Source of the DNA: Nitrospirota bacterium
Lineage (GTDB): Bacteria > Nitrospirota > Nitrospiria > Nitrospirales > Nitrospiraceae
Assembly: GCA_963701855.1 (NCBI GenBank)
Contig: CAVPBK010000009.1
Coordinates: forward strand, 224,001 to 288,000
Direction of reading: 5' to 3'
DNA: 64,000 nucleotides
Positions 1 to 10,269 of this stretch are shown in pieces (within the stretch, counting starts at the first letter, position 1; every line of letters begins with the position of its first letter). The translations under genes were made by a program, and so were the position numbers. The notes below the pieces were generated by a model that was given only the letters and a program-made list of their open reading frames with translations, was not told where the DNA came from and searched no databases.

Positions 1-1
1 G

Positions 2-340
2 CAGCTGAAGCCGAGCATTGCGCAACATTTGGATTTCCGGTTTTGGATCTTCCGCAAGGCCAACAACGGTGATTGTTGGTACACCGCCAACCAGGGCTGC
101 TTCTCTGCCCCGACCACTGCAATCGCTACCAATATCGCGACCAGCAACTCGTTGTACAAGGAAATTGATGGGGTCTATACCCTGTTTTTCAAGGACAACA
201 AGGTGGCGTGGCAGACCGGCATATCTTATTTGATCGCCGGCGAGATGCTCGACCAGCTGGCTGCTGGAAATGCCGCTGGAATCGGATCTTCAGCCGTGAA
301 CTCAGTCTGGGCCTACACGCAGTTGCACGTGAACTTCTAA
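2..340 (+). CDS. Outer-membrane beta-barrel protein (alginate-export-like), C-terminal part only; runs off the window start
   Basis: Open frame from base 2; ends in an amphipathic strand with terminal Phe (WAYTQLHVNF), a BAM beta-signal. Confidence 0.6.
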   Translation, partial: QLKPSIAQHLDFRFWIFRKANNGDCWYTANQGCFSAPTTAIATNIATSNSLYKEIDGVYTLFFKDNKVAWQTGISYLIAGEMLDQLAAGNAAGIGSSAVNSVWAYTQLHVNF

Positions 341-439
341 TAACAGTTCATGGAGCGCGGTCGAGTCTACGAACTGTTCAGTATCGTCTGGAGCAGCCTG
401 TAGATTTGCCCTCGCTGGCGAAGCAGACCGAGAAAATGG

Positions 440-2266
440 TCATGGAGCGCGTTGTGGCTGGTTCACGCGGCTCAGTGGAATGGACTGGACTGCCAGATCG
501 GGAGGGAGCGTCGGAGCCGTGACGGCGATGGACCTGAGTGAGCGGAGCCATTCGCCAACGGTGACGGTGCCATTGTCGTCACGGTCTGCCTTGCCGGTTA
601 ATCCGCTCAGAAGACTCAGGCGAGCCTGCGGCAAGGGGCTGCGCCTAGAGGCTTGAATGATCGTTCCAGTCTCGTTGGACGATTCATCAAGATTGCCGAT
701 CCAATTGGGAGTGGCGCCTCGGCCTGTGCCGTTCTTCGCCGGTGTGCCCACAGCCACCGGCGCCTCGATGATGACGACCACGAGCCTGGCCCCCAGCTTC
801 AGCAGGCGGGTTTGGAGCAACCGGAGGGAGATTAACCGGAACTGCGACGATTGCAGGGTGCTGTCGTAGGGCATCAGAAATATTTCACCGGTCTTGGCGT
901 TGGCACGTGCGTGTCCGGCGAAGTAGAAGAAGACGATCGAGTCTTTTGTGACCCGCTTGGGGAGCCAGAGGGCGAGGGCTGCTTCGACGTCGGTCTGGGT
1001 CGCTAGCTCATCTTGGAGCAGCAAGGTATGTCCTTCAGGCACATCGAGAGAATCGACAAACAAGGACACGGTATCCTTGACGTCGAACGAAAGTCCGTCC
1101 CGCCAGCCCGGCCAAAGGGTTTGGTACTGGCCCAGTCCGACAATGACAGCATAGCGATCTGAATTGTGTCCGTCTCCGGCGATGGGCGAGACTGGCCGTA
1201 GGGCGGACGATGGGGCAGGCGCAGCCGGCCCGCCGCGAGAGGCCATAGCGGCTACGAGAGTTTGTGTCGCCGGTGCGCTGCCTGTCACGCTAGATGGCAT
1301 GACAGTCACGGTGAGTTCGCCACGCGATCCTCCAGCGGTGGCTGGCATTGTCCCCCATAGGATGGTGCTCTTCGTTTCCCCTGGTTGGAGATTGACAATC
1401 TGTACCGGCCCCGACAGCGCACCTGCAAAGGCATCGATGAGCGCGGGTGTTCCTGAAAGGGTGATGGCCGTTGTGCCCAGCGTGGCCTTGCCGGTATTCG
1501 TCACATCGATCCTGACGCCGATTCTCTCACCGCCTTCCAGCACAAGATTGCTGTTGGCATCTAGCAAAGTTGCCTTGAGGGCCAGCAGGCCTAGTCCGAC
1601 GCCGAGATTCTGCCGGCCCGATGTGCTCTCCCCTTGCGTTTTCTCACGCAACTGCATCAGGTACCCCATGAGTTGGCTGGCGAGATGATCGACTGCGGTT
1701 TGCATGGCGGCATCCAACTGCCCAGCTTCGCATTGGTTGTCGCTGCCACCCATTTGTGGTGTGTACAGCGATACGCGACTTGAATAGACCATCGGCGCGT
1801 CCGGGAATTGGTAGCCTTGGGCATCCTGGAAAGTCGCCACGAGGCGGACATCGAATTGGGCGAGATAGTTATTGTCTGCCCCGTGCCGTGACGTTGGTCT
1901 GAAGGAGGCACTCGCCAGCGTGATGAAGGCCGTGAACTCTGATGCGGGGGCCGTGGCCGGTTGTGCCGCTCCTGACAGGTCTCCGACCGTCAGGTGAGTC
2001 AGGCGAGCTCGCCCGGTTTCGGTGAAGGATTGAACGATCGCATCGCCCAGACGGCCTTTCCACAGCCTGTCAGCACAGACCGTCTGTTCTAAGATGGCGG
2101 AGCGGACAGACTCATCGAAGACCAGTTTAACCGACAGCGGGATGACCGGCTCCCGTTCGACGGGAGGGCTGAAGCGCGGTGCCTGCAGGTGGTTGCAGGC
2201 ACCCATCAGCATGAGTGCCGTTGCCAATACGAGGATCGACATGGCCGATACGACACGCGTAGACAT
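440..2266 (-). CDS. Lipoprotein with Ig/CARDB-like middle region and C-terminal caspase (peptidase C14)-fold domain, probably inactive
   Basis: Lipobox LMGAC; caspase-type RYAVIVGLGQY, FYFAGHA and C-terminal GLTGKADRDDNGTVTVGE; expected D-x-C site reads IIEAP. Start placed at MSTRVV (ORF track begins at 2377). Confidence 0.75.
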   Translation of the reverse strand: MSTRVVSAMSILVLATALMLMGACNHLQAPRFSPPVEREPVIPLSVKLVFDESVRSAILEQTVCADRLWKGRLGDAIVQSFTETGRARLTHLTVGDLSGAAQPATAPASEFTAFITLASASFRPTSRHGADNNYLAQFDVRLVATFQDAQGYQFPDAPMVYSSRVSLYTPQMGGSDNQCEAGQLDAAMQTAVDHLASQLMGYLMQLREKTQGESTSGRQNLGVGLGLLALKATLLDANSNLVLEGGERIGVRIDVTNTGKATLGTTAITLSGTPALIDAFAGALSGPVQIVNLQPGETKSTILWGTMPATAGGSRGELTVTVMPSSVTGSAPATQTLVAAMASRGGPAAPAPSSALRPVSPIAGDGHNSDRYAVIVGLGQYQTLWPGWRDGLSFDVKDTVSLFVDSLDVPEGHTLLLQDELATQTDVEAALALWLPKRVTKDSIVFFYFAGHARANAKTGEIFLMPYDSTLQSSQFRLISLRLLQTRLLKLGARLVVVIIEAPVAVGTPAKNGTGRGATPNWIGNLDESSNETGTIIQASRRSPLPQARLSLLSGLTGKADRDDNGTVTVGEWLRSLRSIAVTAPTLPPDLAVQSIPLSRVNQPQRAP

Positions 2267-2794
2267 GGGCGTTACGGTACCCGACGCACTACATTGGATG
2301 CAATGAGGATGGTGCCCCTGAATTGAGCCCGCTACGAATCGCCCCCTCTCAGAAGGCATCCAGACACACTCGCTCATGACTTTGTGGAAAGGGCTTCGGC
2401 TGTCCTCTGCGACAATGGGTCTTGAGTAAATTCAGTGGGTTTCTTGTGTCCAGCTGACTAAGTCATCTGTCCACAATTTAAGCGGGACATAACAATTCTC
2501 GGTGCCGGCGGTAGCGCAAACATTGCTCATGGTCATACCCTACCCACTGATCACCCTTTTAATTTTGACGTGGCCGGGTGTGGTCATCCCGTCTGTCCGC
2601 CGTGCGATAAGTAGGCCGCATACTTTACCTGCTCTCTGATGTGGACATCAGTCACCCACGAAGGAGGCACGCATTCTACCTGAACGCGATTTTCTGCTCG
2701 TGTGCCGTCATGCGGGAGCATATTGTCCGCAGTGTCTCAAGTTGCTCTTCACGGAGCCACAAGCCCAACTCCTCAAGATTCATGTGACGATCAC

Positions 2795-3061
2795 ATGAAA
2801 CAGGTCGGATGGGAGATCCAACCACTTGGGTGGCTCTTCTTGATCGTGATCGTGGCAACCCTCTGCTACGTCGTTGTCAGCTGGGTTCGCCGCTTACCAC
2901 GCGCTCCGGAACAAGAAACCTCGCCAGGATTCTTTCCTTTACCCTTTCCTTCTGTCCTCGATGCTCTTCGGTTTTTGTTCAATCACCGCATAGCCGAATC
3001 GCCCAACGTCTTTCGTATCCTGTCTACCCAGGTTGATCCATACTTTGGTGTGATCAGATGA
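2795..3061 (+). CDS. Small single-TM membrane protein, hypothetical
   Basis: MKQVGWEIQPLGW followed by a hydrophobic helix and a basic RR; 3' extent uncertain. Confidence 0.4.
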   Translation: MKQVGWEIQPLGWLFLIVIVATLCYVVVSWVRRLPRAPEQETSPGFFPLPFPSVLDALRFLFNHRIAESPNVFRILSTQVDPYFGVIR

Positions 3062-3524
3062 TGCGGATATCGTCTTATCGAGCGCCTAAGGGGACACGCT
3101 ACTTACTCGCGTTACGCAGCTTTACTCAGGTGAGTTTTGGTGCTAGCTTACGCGCCTGGAGGAACGACACATAGATTTCGAGTTTGGAGAGGGGTTGAGG
3201 TGGCCGGTTCAAAAGTTTCTTTCGGTGGGTGACATGCAAGGCCTTGAAGTCCTACATCTCTAAGGAACGATACAGCGTAGTTCAAAAACTAATGAAAATG
3301 GAACTGAGAAGAGCGTCCGCACCTTTACGTGATTCATCATGGGAGGGACTGTCGTGGATCTCAAAGGTCTGATTCCTGGAGAGTTAGGGGAAGGCCTGAC
3401 GGAGACAGAATTAGCGACTGCAGCGCGCACCTCCGTCATTCTCGACAGTCTGCATGTTTCACCAACGGTGAGTGCGAATTTAACTACGCATCTATCTCAC
3501 AAAGGAGTGAGCCTCCTGAATGTT

Positions 3525-4091
3525 ATGCGCCTTTCACCGCTCACCACACTGACCCTGTGTGCAGTGCTGTCCGCGTGTGCTGCGAACACGCCTTTTCCAC
3601 CAGAAGTCATGGAAAAGGTCTCTCCGACCTTTCATTTTGAAGCGTGGCGTGACGCCGGCCCTACGAATGAGTCAGGGAAATCTGACGCAGGGATCAAAGT
3701 CCAGCTGGGAGGCCGGATCGTCCACACTACCGAGAACGGCAAGGGCATCGTGATTGTCGCGGCGCAACTTCCCATCCTGAACTATCCTGTCTATGGACCC
3801 ACGGAAACGGAAGAAGTTACGAGAACCGGTGACTATGAATTCGCCTTTCTCTTTACAGGAGAGATTGAACCGCTGGATCTGATGAGGGGGAATCGGTTCA
3901 TCGTTGTGGGCACGACCACGAGCAGACGGCCGGTCCTGGTGAACGGCAGACCAAAAACCGAGCCCTTCTTAATCGCGGACTGCATCCATGTGTGGCAGAC
4001 AGCCGGGGCCGAAATCGCCGAATTTAAAGAAGGAGTCGGGGGAGGCTTTTCACCCCTTCCGGAAACGACATACTGCGTCGCTAAGAAGTAG
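3525..4091 (+). CDS. Slp/YeaY-family outer-membrane lipoprotein
   Basis: AAGGAG upstream, lipobox LSAC, VQLGGRIV, NRFIVVGT and CIHVW motifs of the Slp family. Confidence 0.8.
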   Translation: MRLSPLTTLTLCAVLSACAANTPFPPEVMEKVSPTFHFEAWRDAGPTNESGKSDAGIKVQLGGRIVHTTENGKGIVIVAAQLPILNYPVYGPTETEEVTRTGDYEFAFLFTGEIEPLDLMRGNRFIVVGTTTSRRPVLVNGRPKTEPFLIADCIHVWQTAGAEIAEFKEGVGGGFSPLPETTYCVAKK

Positions 4092-4227
4092 CGGGATTGG
4101 GAACAAGCTATTCGCTCAGATCACTGCTGAGGAGTGGGTGACCAGAATCCAAGTCAATGTGCCTTCGGAAGGCCGGCATCTAGTACGACGCGTTCGCCTG
4201 TGTTACTGATCTAATTGAAACCAGCCC

Positions 4228-4535
4228 TCAAGATCGCACCAGGTTTTTCAGCGTGACATCCACATTACAGAAAAGTGCGATCTTTCCCTCACCCTTGTTG
4301 AGTTTGGCAAGGTCGGAGGCAAACTTGTCGTGAATCCCCTTGTCAGGGTGACAAAGGCACCACCGGCAAGCTCACCCTCGCGGAATTTGATATCTTTCCC
4401 ACCGCCGGCACCACCGCGTGGCGCAATAGGTTCAACGTCGGAAAATCCAAGAGCATTGAGCACATCTGCCGCGAGACGTTCGAATTCGTGTCGGTTGTCG
4501 AAATCCTGGATGGCTCGATGGGTAGCGCTATGCAT
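4228..4535 (-). pseudogene. Frameshifted, truncated Mrr-like/PD-(D/E)xK restriction endonuclease fragment
   Basis: HEFERLAADVLNALGFSDV...GGAGGGKDI resembles the Mrr catalytic N-terminus; the reading continues in a shifted frame (DKGIHDKFASDLAKL...ALFCNVDVT) and then stops. Confidence 0.55.
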
Positions 4536-4886
4536 TTGGGCCTTACATGTGAAGTCTGCTGCGGTCTACCCCGTCCGTCGTATCACCGGGGGAAGTTTAT
4601 CTGCACATCCAATACTCATTCAAAATTTCTCCCTGGCACGACGCCCCCGATACTGCGAGTCCTGCATAGGCTACAGTATTCTTTGAAGCTCATCCGGTCA
4701 AAAACCCTTACTGTAAGGGAGAAATAACACACTGATTTCCCAATCCCACAAGCTCACCGCTTAGGTGATCCAAACACAACTGATTTTTTCCTCATCAAAC
4801 GACCAAACGAAACCTATGGGAACGGTTCTCTTGCTCGCCCCCACACGCAGCGTCGATGAAAGTCGCTCATCTTCAGTTGGCCATTC

Positions 4887-5483
4887 CTATTCGGGGAGCA
4901 CAATGGTTATCAGCATCCCACCCATCACGTCTCCTGCCTTGAAATCCCTCTTTGGGCTTTTCGGGTGCACATTGTGGCAATCGGCGCAGTGTTGAGATGC
5001 GGCTTTATCGGCATAGAGTGCTTGGAAGATGCGCGCCTTGCCCTCGGTTGTCACGGCGGTATAGGGACGATCGGGATTCGCGAGGACCTTCAGCAGCCCG
5101 GTCTGCTCGAACTCTGTCGTTGGGCGATGCTCTTTATTGATCGCCCAACTGCTGATCAGGCGGAATCGAATCGCTTTTCCCTGTTTAGCCATGAGTCGCC
5201 CCGATTCCTGTAAAAATTGGGCGGGTAACGGGATCCCTCCGTCCGCTCTCCAGTGTTCCGAGGCAGAGACCATACCTTTCTCCTGCATCCGATCTACAAT
5301 CGCGGTCTGGTAAAACGTTCGATCCGCCTGGACCACACTATGCACATACTCGGCCACGATTTCGGGGGATATGCCCTTGGGTGAATCTGCCTCCTTGCTC
5401 GCGGCAGCGTACGCCCACTGACCGAGTAGGCAAGTGACGGTGGTGCCAACAGCGAGTCCCAACCAAAGACCTTTCATCATCAC
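4887..5483 (-). CDS. Periplasmic monoheme c-type cytochrome, DUF3365/Tll0287-like
   Basis: Signal peptide, IPLPAQFL, FRLISSWAIN, CADCH heme motif and FKAGDVMGG C-terminus. Confidence 0.85.
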   Translation of the reverse strand: MMMKGLWLGLAVGTTVTCLLGQWAYAAASKEADSPKGISPEIVAEYVHSVVQADRTFYQTAIVDRMQEKGMVSASEHWRADGGIPLPAQFLQESGRLMAKQGKAIRFRLISSWAINKEHRPTTEFEQTGLLKVLANPDRPYTAVTTEGKARIFQALYADKAASQHCADCHNVHPKSPKRDFKAGDVMGGMLITIVLPE

Positions 5484-5607
5484 GATGCGACCTCCATTTC
5501 TTTTCTACTATGTGGCTTGATGCGCTCGTTGCCTCCAAAAGCCGCGCGCGCAAACCAATGTTTTTGAAAGAACGTCTATACCGACCTTACGGAGGAACCT
5601 CATGGTC

Positions 5608-5897
5608 CTACACGTGTTCCTCACAAGGGAGCGTAAACACCTTGAAGGGAATCGGTTGCCCCTGGACTGTGTGAACCGCCGGAGCGCGCCGACTGCCCTA
5701 TCGGCGTGATCGGATGGGAGAACCGAAAAAATGATGGAATTGATGTCAGGCTTGAGGAAGGCCCCATCCACTCTGCCAGTGAGACCCGTACTTTTTACGT
5801 CGCTGATGATGCGGTACGCACTCATGCCATTCTCTCGCAAGAGCGCTTCCACCTCACGTAACATTGAGTCCCGATCCACAGTGCGTAGCATTTTCAT
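5608..5897 (-). pseudogene. P-II/GlnB-superfamily-like protein with a frameshift near 5670
   Basis: GGAGG upstream; MKML...VEALLRENGMSAYRIISDVKSTGLTG...NSIIFSVLP; the likely C-terminus (PIPFKVFTLPCEEHV*) is in another frame. Confidence 0.55.
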
Positions 5898-5922
5898 ATG
5901 CGAACCATGCCTCCTTCTCATT

Positions 5923-5979
5923 CATTTGTTTTTGGAACAGGCGGAAGGATACGTTAAAGTCCTAGAAAAATCGACTTCT
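5923..5979 (-). promoter_or_regulatory. Duplicated ~56-bp leader/promoter element, copy A, upstream of the P-II-like gene
   Basis: Reverse complement matches 8557-8611 with 5 substitutions and a 2-nt gap; contains TCGATT-N17-TATCCT. Confidence 0.6.
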
Positions 5980-6123
5980 TGGATCTTGAGTTGAAGAGAG
6001 GGTTTCGAACACTGTGGGCAGATAGGGTTCGAACGAAATATAAGTTGTGGTCGTAAAACGGTCGTATAGCAAAGCTTCTCTTCGCTAACTCTGTCTCACT
6101 CCGTATCACCCAGGAATGGCTCC

Positions 6124-6815
6124 TGGGTCTACCCCGATATCACTGACGGCTGAGTTAAGAGTCGCTTCTGCTGTTGTTGCATTTCGAGCCTCCGGCGCTG
6201 GCGTAGATTATGGCACCGTTCAATGGAGACAAAGATATCGGACCTGGCTTCGGCTCGTGTCCGATACTGCTGTCGATTCACGCGTTCACGTATAAGGACT
6301 CCGAAGAAGCTCTCGGCGGCGTTGTCGGCACAGCTGCCCACGGCACTCATGCTGCCGATCACCTGGTGCGCTTCGAGAAACCGTTGATATTCCTCAGAGG
6401 TAAATTGGCATCCCCGATCCGAGTGCAGAATGACTGGGATGCGAGCCGACCGCTGCCACAACGCCATAAGCACGGCTTGGACCACCAGCTGACGGTCCTG
6501 ATACGAACTCATTGACCACCCCACCACCAGCCCCGACTATAAGTCGAGCACGACACAGAGGTGCGCCAGTGTTCGGCCGTGCGAATGAGGTGATATCCGT
6601 CACCCACGTGGTATTGGGTGTGGTTGCGGTGAAGTCCCGCTCCAGATGATTGCGGGTCCCATGCGGTCGGACCCCGGAGAGTTTCTTCCGCCACCGCCGT
6701 GGGGACCTTGAGGCTCTTTTTATTGTCGCGCGTGAAGCCAAGGAGTGGATGACCGCTCACGCATTGAAGCATTGAGTGACCTCACTGGGAAGCCTCCGGA
6801 TCTCCGGGGGCTTTC
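6124..6815 (-). mobile_element. Degraded IS3-family element (frameshifted orfB fragments)
   Basis: NHLERDF...PNTTWVTDIT, ILHSDRGCQFTSEEY and GSCADNAAESFFG DDE motifs in several frames; IS3-like end TGGGTCTACCCCGA at 6124 and another IS3-like end near 6790-6815. Confidence 0.85.
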
Positions 6816-6901
6816 CTTACAAGTGAGCAAATGTATAGGGACATGTGTGTATCTTGCCTTGATAGGCGCTGAGTCTGTGCCTCGCGCATCGGGGCATAAT
6901 T

Positions 6902-8413
6902 CTATTTGGTTCCGCTCTTGATCTTCTCGACGGCTTCCTTCTTGGAAGCCTGGCCCTCCAGAACCAGGCGGTAGGCAATGTAGTACTTGTAGATGTTGCT
7001 GACGTAAGTCACCGTTTCCTGACCGATCTTCTCGGCCACTACATACTCCACGTTCTGAAACCAGACGTTGGGATCGAGTCCGCGCTTGGCGGCTTCCTTG
7101 CGTAGTTGCGAAATCCTGCCTGCGCCGGCATTGTAGGACGCGAATGCGAACAGGGCCTTGTCCAGGTCAGTCATGGGCTCCTGACCGTAGTAGTGGTCGA
7201 TCATCCAACGCATGTATTTGATGCCGGCGTGGATGTTCGCCTCGGTCTCCGTGATGTCGCCCACCTTCATATCCTTTCCAGTTGCTGGCATCACCTGCAT
7301 GACTCCGATCGCGCCCACCGAGCTTTTGGCATTCTGGTTGAGCTGCGATTCCTGGTAGCCCTGCGCGCCCATCAGCACCCAGTCCACATCGTACTGGTCG
7401 CCGTATTTCCGGAAATACTCGATGAGGGAGAGGAATTTCTTGCGCTCCTCCTCGGAGGCCGCATTCTTCACGTATTTGACGTTCTTCAGATAGCGTGTTA
7501 GGAGTTGGTTGCCGGTCGAGGTCCCGACCTTGTGGCGCGTGGCGAAATCGTCCAGTATCGCCTTGAGCTGCGGACTGTCTTTGCGAATCGCCCATGCCTT
7601 CTCGCCGCCGGTACGGACCGCGATGTTGTCGTGCACAGTGAGCCGCGGAAAGATCTGCTTCCAAAAGTCCGCCAGGTATTTGTCAACGATGACCAGCGAA
7701 ACCAGGCCGGAGTTGAGCATCTCGAGCAGATCCTCGTCCTCCAGCGTCTCGGGGACTTCCTTGAGTATCACCGGTGGTTTCTTTTCGGTCGCAAACTTCT
7801 CGTTGAGCGCCACGAGGCTCTCGTAATAGCTCGACGATTTGCGCACGAAGACGTCCTTGCCGGAGAGATCGTCCAGGTTGGCAACGTTCGGTGACGCAGG
7901 CCCGGACACCACGACCTCGCTCACGTTGCTCAGAGCGGCCCCGCTGAAGTCCACCAGTTTTTGGCGCTCCGGCGTGATCGTGAGACCGGCGGCGGCGATG
8001 TCGCCTTTGCCGGCGGCAAGCCACGGCAGCAGTTGATTCCGCTGGACCGGAATGAATACTGCCCGCACTTTCAGGTTCTTGTTTTTGAGATTCTTATCGG
8101 CGGCGAGTTTCTTGTTGAGCTCATCCGCGAACAGGCGGACGTACTCAACGGCGGTGCCGCGCAGGACGCCCTTATCGAGAAAATGGATGGTCTTGCTGTT
8201 GACGGTCAGTATACGAATGACCCGCCGCTCGATCATCCCGTCCAGATCACCGATCCACGGTTTTCCCACCTTCGCGAGATCGATGGTGAGAGTCTCGCGA
8301 GCTGCCTTCTGTGGCGCCGGCTCTTGGGCGAGCGCTGCAGTCCCGGCCAGAAAATAACAGCAGGTTAGGCCAAGCACGCCGGCCATGAGGTTTGGCATGC
8401 GTGTGGTTTTCAT
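6902..8413 (-). CDS. MltF-like lytic transglycosylase (family-3 substrate-binding domain + SLT domain), copy 1
   Basis: Signal peptide; GDIAAAGLTITPERQ; SLT motifs QGYQES, GAIGVMQVMPAT, SYNAG, ETVTYV. Confidence 0.9.
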   Translation of the reverse strand: MKTTRMPNLMAGVLGLTCCYFLAGTAALAQEPAPQKAARETLTIDLAKVGKPWIGDLDGMIERRVIRILTVNSKTIHFLDKGVLRGTAVEYVRLFADELNKKLAADKNLKNKNLKVRAVFIPVQRNQLLPWLAAGKGDIAAAGLTITPERQKLVDFSGAALSNVSEVVVSGPASPNVANLDDLSGKDVFVRKSSSYYESLVALNEKFATEKKPPVILKEVPETLEDEDLLEMLNSGLVSLVIVDKYLADFWKQIFPRLTVHDNIAVRTGGEKAWAIRKDSPQLKAILDDFATRHKVGTSTGNQLLTRYLKNVKYVKNAASEEERKKFLSLIEYFRKYGDQYDVDWVLMGAQGYQESQLNQNAKSSVGAIGVMQVMPATGKDMKVGDITETEANIHAGIKYMRWMIDHYYGQEPMTDLDKALFAFASYNAGAGRISQLRKEAAKRGLDPNVWFQNVEYVVAEKIGQETVTYVSNIYKYYIAYRLVLEGQASKKEAVEKIKSGTK

Positions 8414-8468
8414 AATCGTGTCCCTTTGCGTTTGAGTGGCCCGCTCAGTTCTTGCTCTGCACGCGGCG

Positions 8469-8498
8469 AGTCTAAACTCCTGCCCACACTCGGGTCAA
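8469..8498 (-). promoter_or_regulatory. Putative sigma70 promoter for MltF-like copy 1
   Basis: TTGACC-N18-TAGACT on the minus strand, ~55 bp upstream of the ATG. Confidence 0.4.
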
Positions 8499-8556
8499 TT
8501 CATCGGCAGACTTAGTGGCCGTCTTAGCGGGATGGAGATGGGTGCATTTACCGCGG

Positions 8557-8611
8557 AGAAGTCGATTTTCCTACGGCTTTGATGTATCCTTCCGCCTGTT
8601 CCAAAAAAATG
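8557..8611 (+). promoter_or_regulatory. Duplicated ~56-bp leader/promoter element, copy B
   Basis: Shares the identical 24-mer GTATCCTTCCGCCTGTTCCAAAAA with copy A. Confidence 0.6.
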
Positions 8612-9610
8612 CTTGAGAAAGTTTGGCCGGTTGATGTGAGAGTAGACCTATCCACCATCATAGTCAGCACACTGTCGCTCGTCATATTCGCAGCCGGCTC
8701 CGCGTTGGCTGCGGCAGAGGCCTCTCCCGACAAAGCAGTCGCCGAATCACCGTCCGAGCCGGCGCAAGGTGACCGCCGCCTGCTGCCATCGCTGATGGGC
8801 GCCACTCCTGAAGAACGAGCTCGGCTAACCGAAGAGCGACAACGTCTTTCTGCGACCGCCGCAGCTAACGGCACAGACCCCACTGCCATTGTCGGTTATA
8901 ATCAACTCGCGTACGGACATGGCGTTTTCACCAACGGTCTGAACCTTGAGACCGCCACAGCCGTCGTCCAATTACCCATCACCCCGAACTTGGGTATCCG
9001 GGCGACATTGCCCTATGTCTGGGCCGATCTGGATCGACCACGCGGATTCACGACGAACGGCACCAGCGACCTGTTCGTTCGAACAGCCGGACGAGTGTAT
9101 TCCAGCCCAAACCTGGCCTTATTGGTCGGCTTTGATGCCTCCTTTCCGACAGGCTCGAACGATCGACTGAGCACGGGCAAGTATGGCCTTGGACCGGGAG
9201 CCGCAGTCAGAGTCCCGTTGGCCAGGCTGCGTTCATTGTTTATAACGCTGGTTCAGGACTTCAATTCCGTCGGGGGTGATCCCAGTCGCCGCGATATCCA
9301 CTTCATGCAGGTCCAGCCGAGCATCACGACTATTTGGTCCGAACGGTGGTGGACCACGGCAGGGGCGGTCTGGGCTGTGGATTGGAATAACGAACGCAGG
9401 ACGGTCGTCAATCTACAAGGCGAGATCGGGCACAGGCTTGACGATCGTTGGCGCCTATTTGTCCAGCCCGGTGCGGGAGTAGTGGGGAGGGACACCCCAT
9501 TAGGTCTAGACTGGAGCGTGCAAGCCGGTGTGCGTTGGATGTTCTCGGGATCGCTCTTTCCCGAACGACTTTTTGAATCACTCCCAGTGGAAGGGGGCCT
9601 AAAAAACTAA
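8609..9610 (+). CDS. Putative outer-membrane beta-barrel channel (MetA-pathway/SphA-like), paralog A
   Basis: Signal peptide, GTDPTAIVG motif, FPTGSNDRLSTGKYGLGP and alternating aromatic beta-strands; paralog of 42601-43644. Confidence 0.7.
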   Translation: MLEKVWPVDVRVDLSTIIVSTLSLVIFAAGSALAAAEASPDKAVAESPSEPAQGDRRLLPSLMGATPEERARLTEERQRLSATAAANGTDPTAIVGYNQLAYGHGVFTNGLNLETATAVVQLPITPNLGIRATLPYVWADLDRPRGFTTNGTSDLFVRTAGRVYSSPNLALLVGFDASFPTGSNDRLSTGKYGLGPGAAVRVPLARLRSLFITLVQDFNSVGGDPSRRDIHFMQVQPSITTIWSERWWTTAGAVWAVDWNNERRTVVNLQGEIGHRLDDRWRLFVQPGAGVVGRDTPLGLDWSVQAGVRWMFSGSLFPERLFESLPVEGGLKN

Positions 9611-9726
9611 CTCTCGCGATGCTCCATGAGAACACCTCGTGTTGAGTCCGACGGAAAAACCATTTACAGGAATTGTTCCAAGCGTCTAAAATTCCCCGCC
9701 AGAAACCGTTGATGCCCTGCGGTAAT

Positions 9727-9983
9727 CGCTTCCCAGGCTCCGGCACCCATTCGACACCACAGAGCCGACACCCTCACTCCGGGCGCCGCGGCGATCAGCC
9801 GTATGAGCTAATGCCCACGTAGAGCAAGATCTTTTTAGTTGCTTGCTACCACACTGCTACCGGAATACCCCAACTCAGGTGCATCCAGCCCGATCTCGAC
9901 TACTCCAATTCCTTGAGTTTCAGCTCAGTTACAGGCTCCTGAGTTTGCTGAGTTTGGTCAGCAGGGCATCTCTTAATCAGCGG
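9727..9983 (+). mobile_element. Decayed tyrosine-integrase C-terminus followed by an att-like site (tRNA-Lys anticodon core)
   Basis: Degenerate RF..LRH.F.T and ..AHV; TGCTACC-N4-TGCTACC at 9844-9861; CTCTTAATCAGCGG at 9970-9983. Confidence 0.45.
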
Positions 9984-10269
9984 CTCACATAGGCAGGCCA
10001 TATGGGCATCTCCCGGTTGTTGAAAAACTGATGTGTCAGGACGACCGCATCGTAAACTAAACTACCGGCCGAAGTGAGCACTGCACGACCATGACTTGAA
10101 AGCATGCGAGAACAATGTGCTGTGCTAATTCTCTGCTAAAGCACAGCCAAAAAGACTAAAACAGATCGAACGACCAGACGCCATCGAAATATCGTAACGC
10201 TTTATCTAGCAACAGAAGAACGGGAAACCAGAGTCAACACAGGGAGTTCAAAACTACGTGTTTATCAGC

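Noticed and set aside
3190..3480. Possible decayed hypothetical gene upstream of the Slp gene
   Set aside because: Interrupted frames and no family I can name
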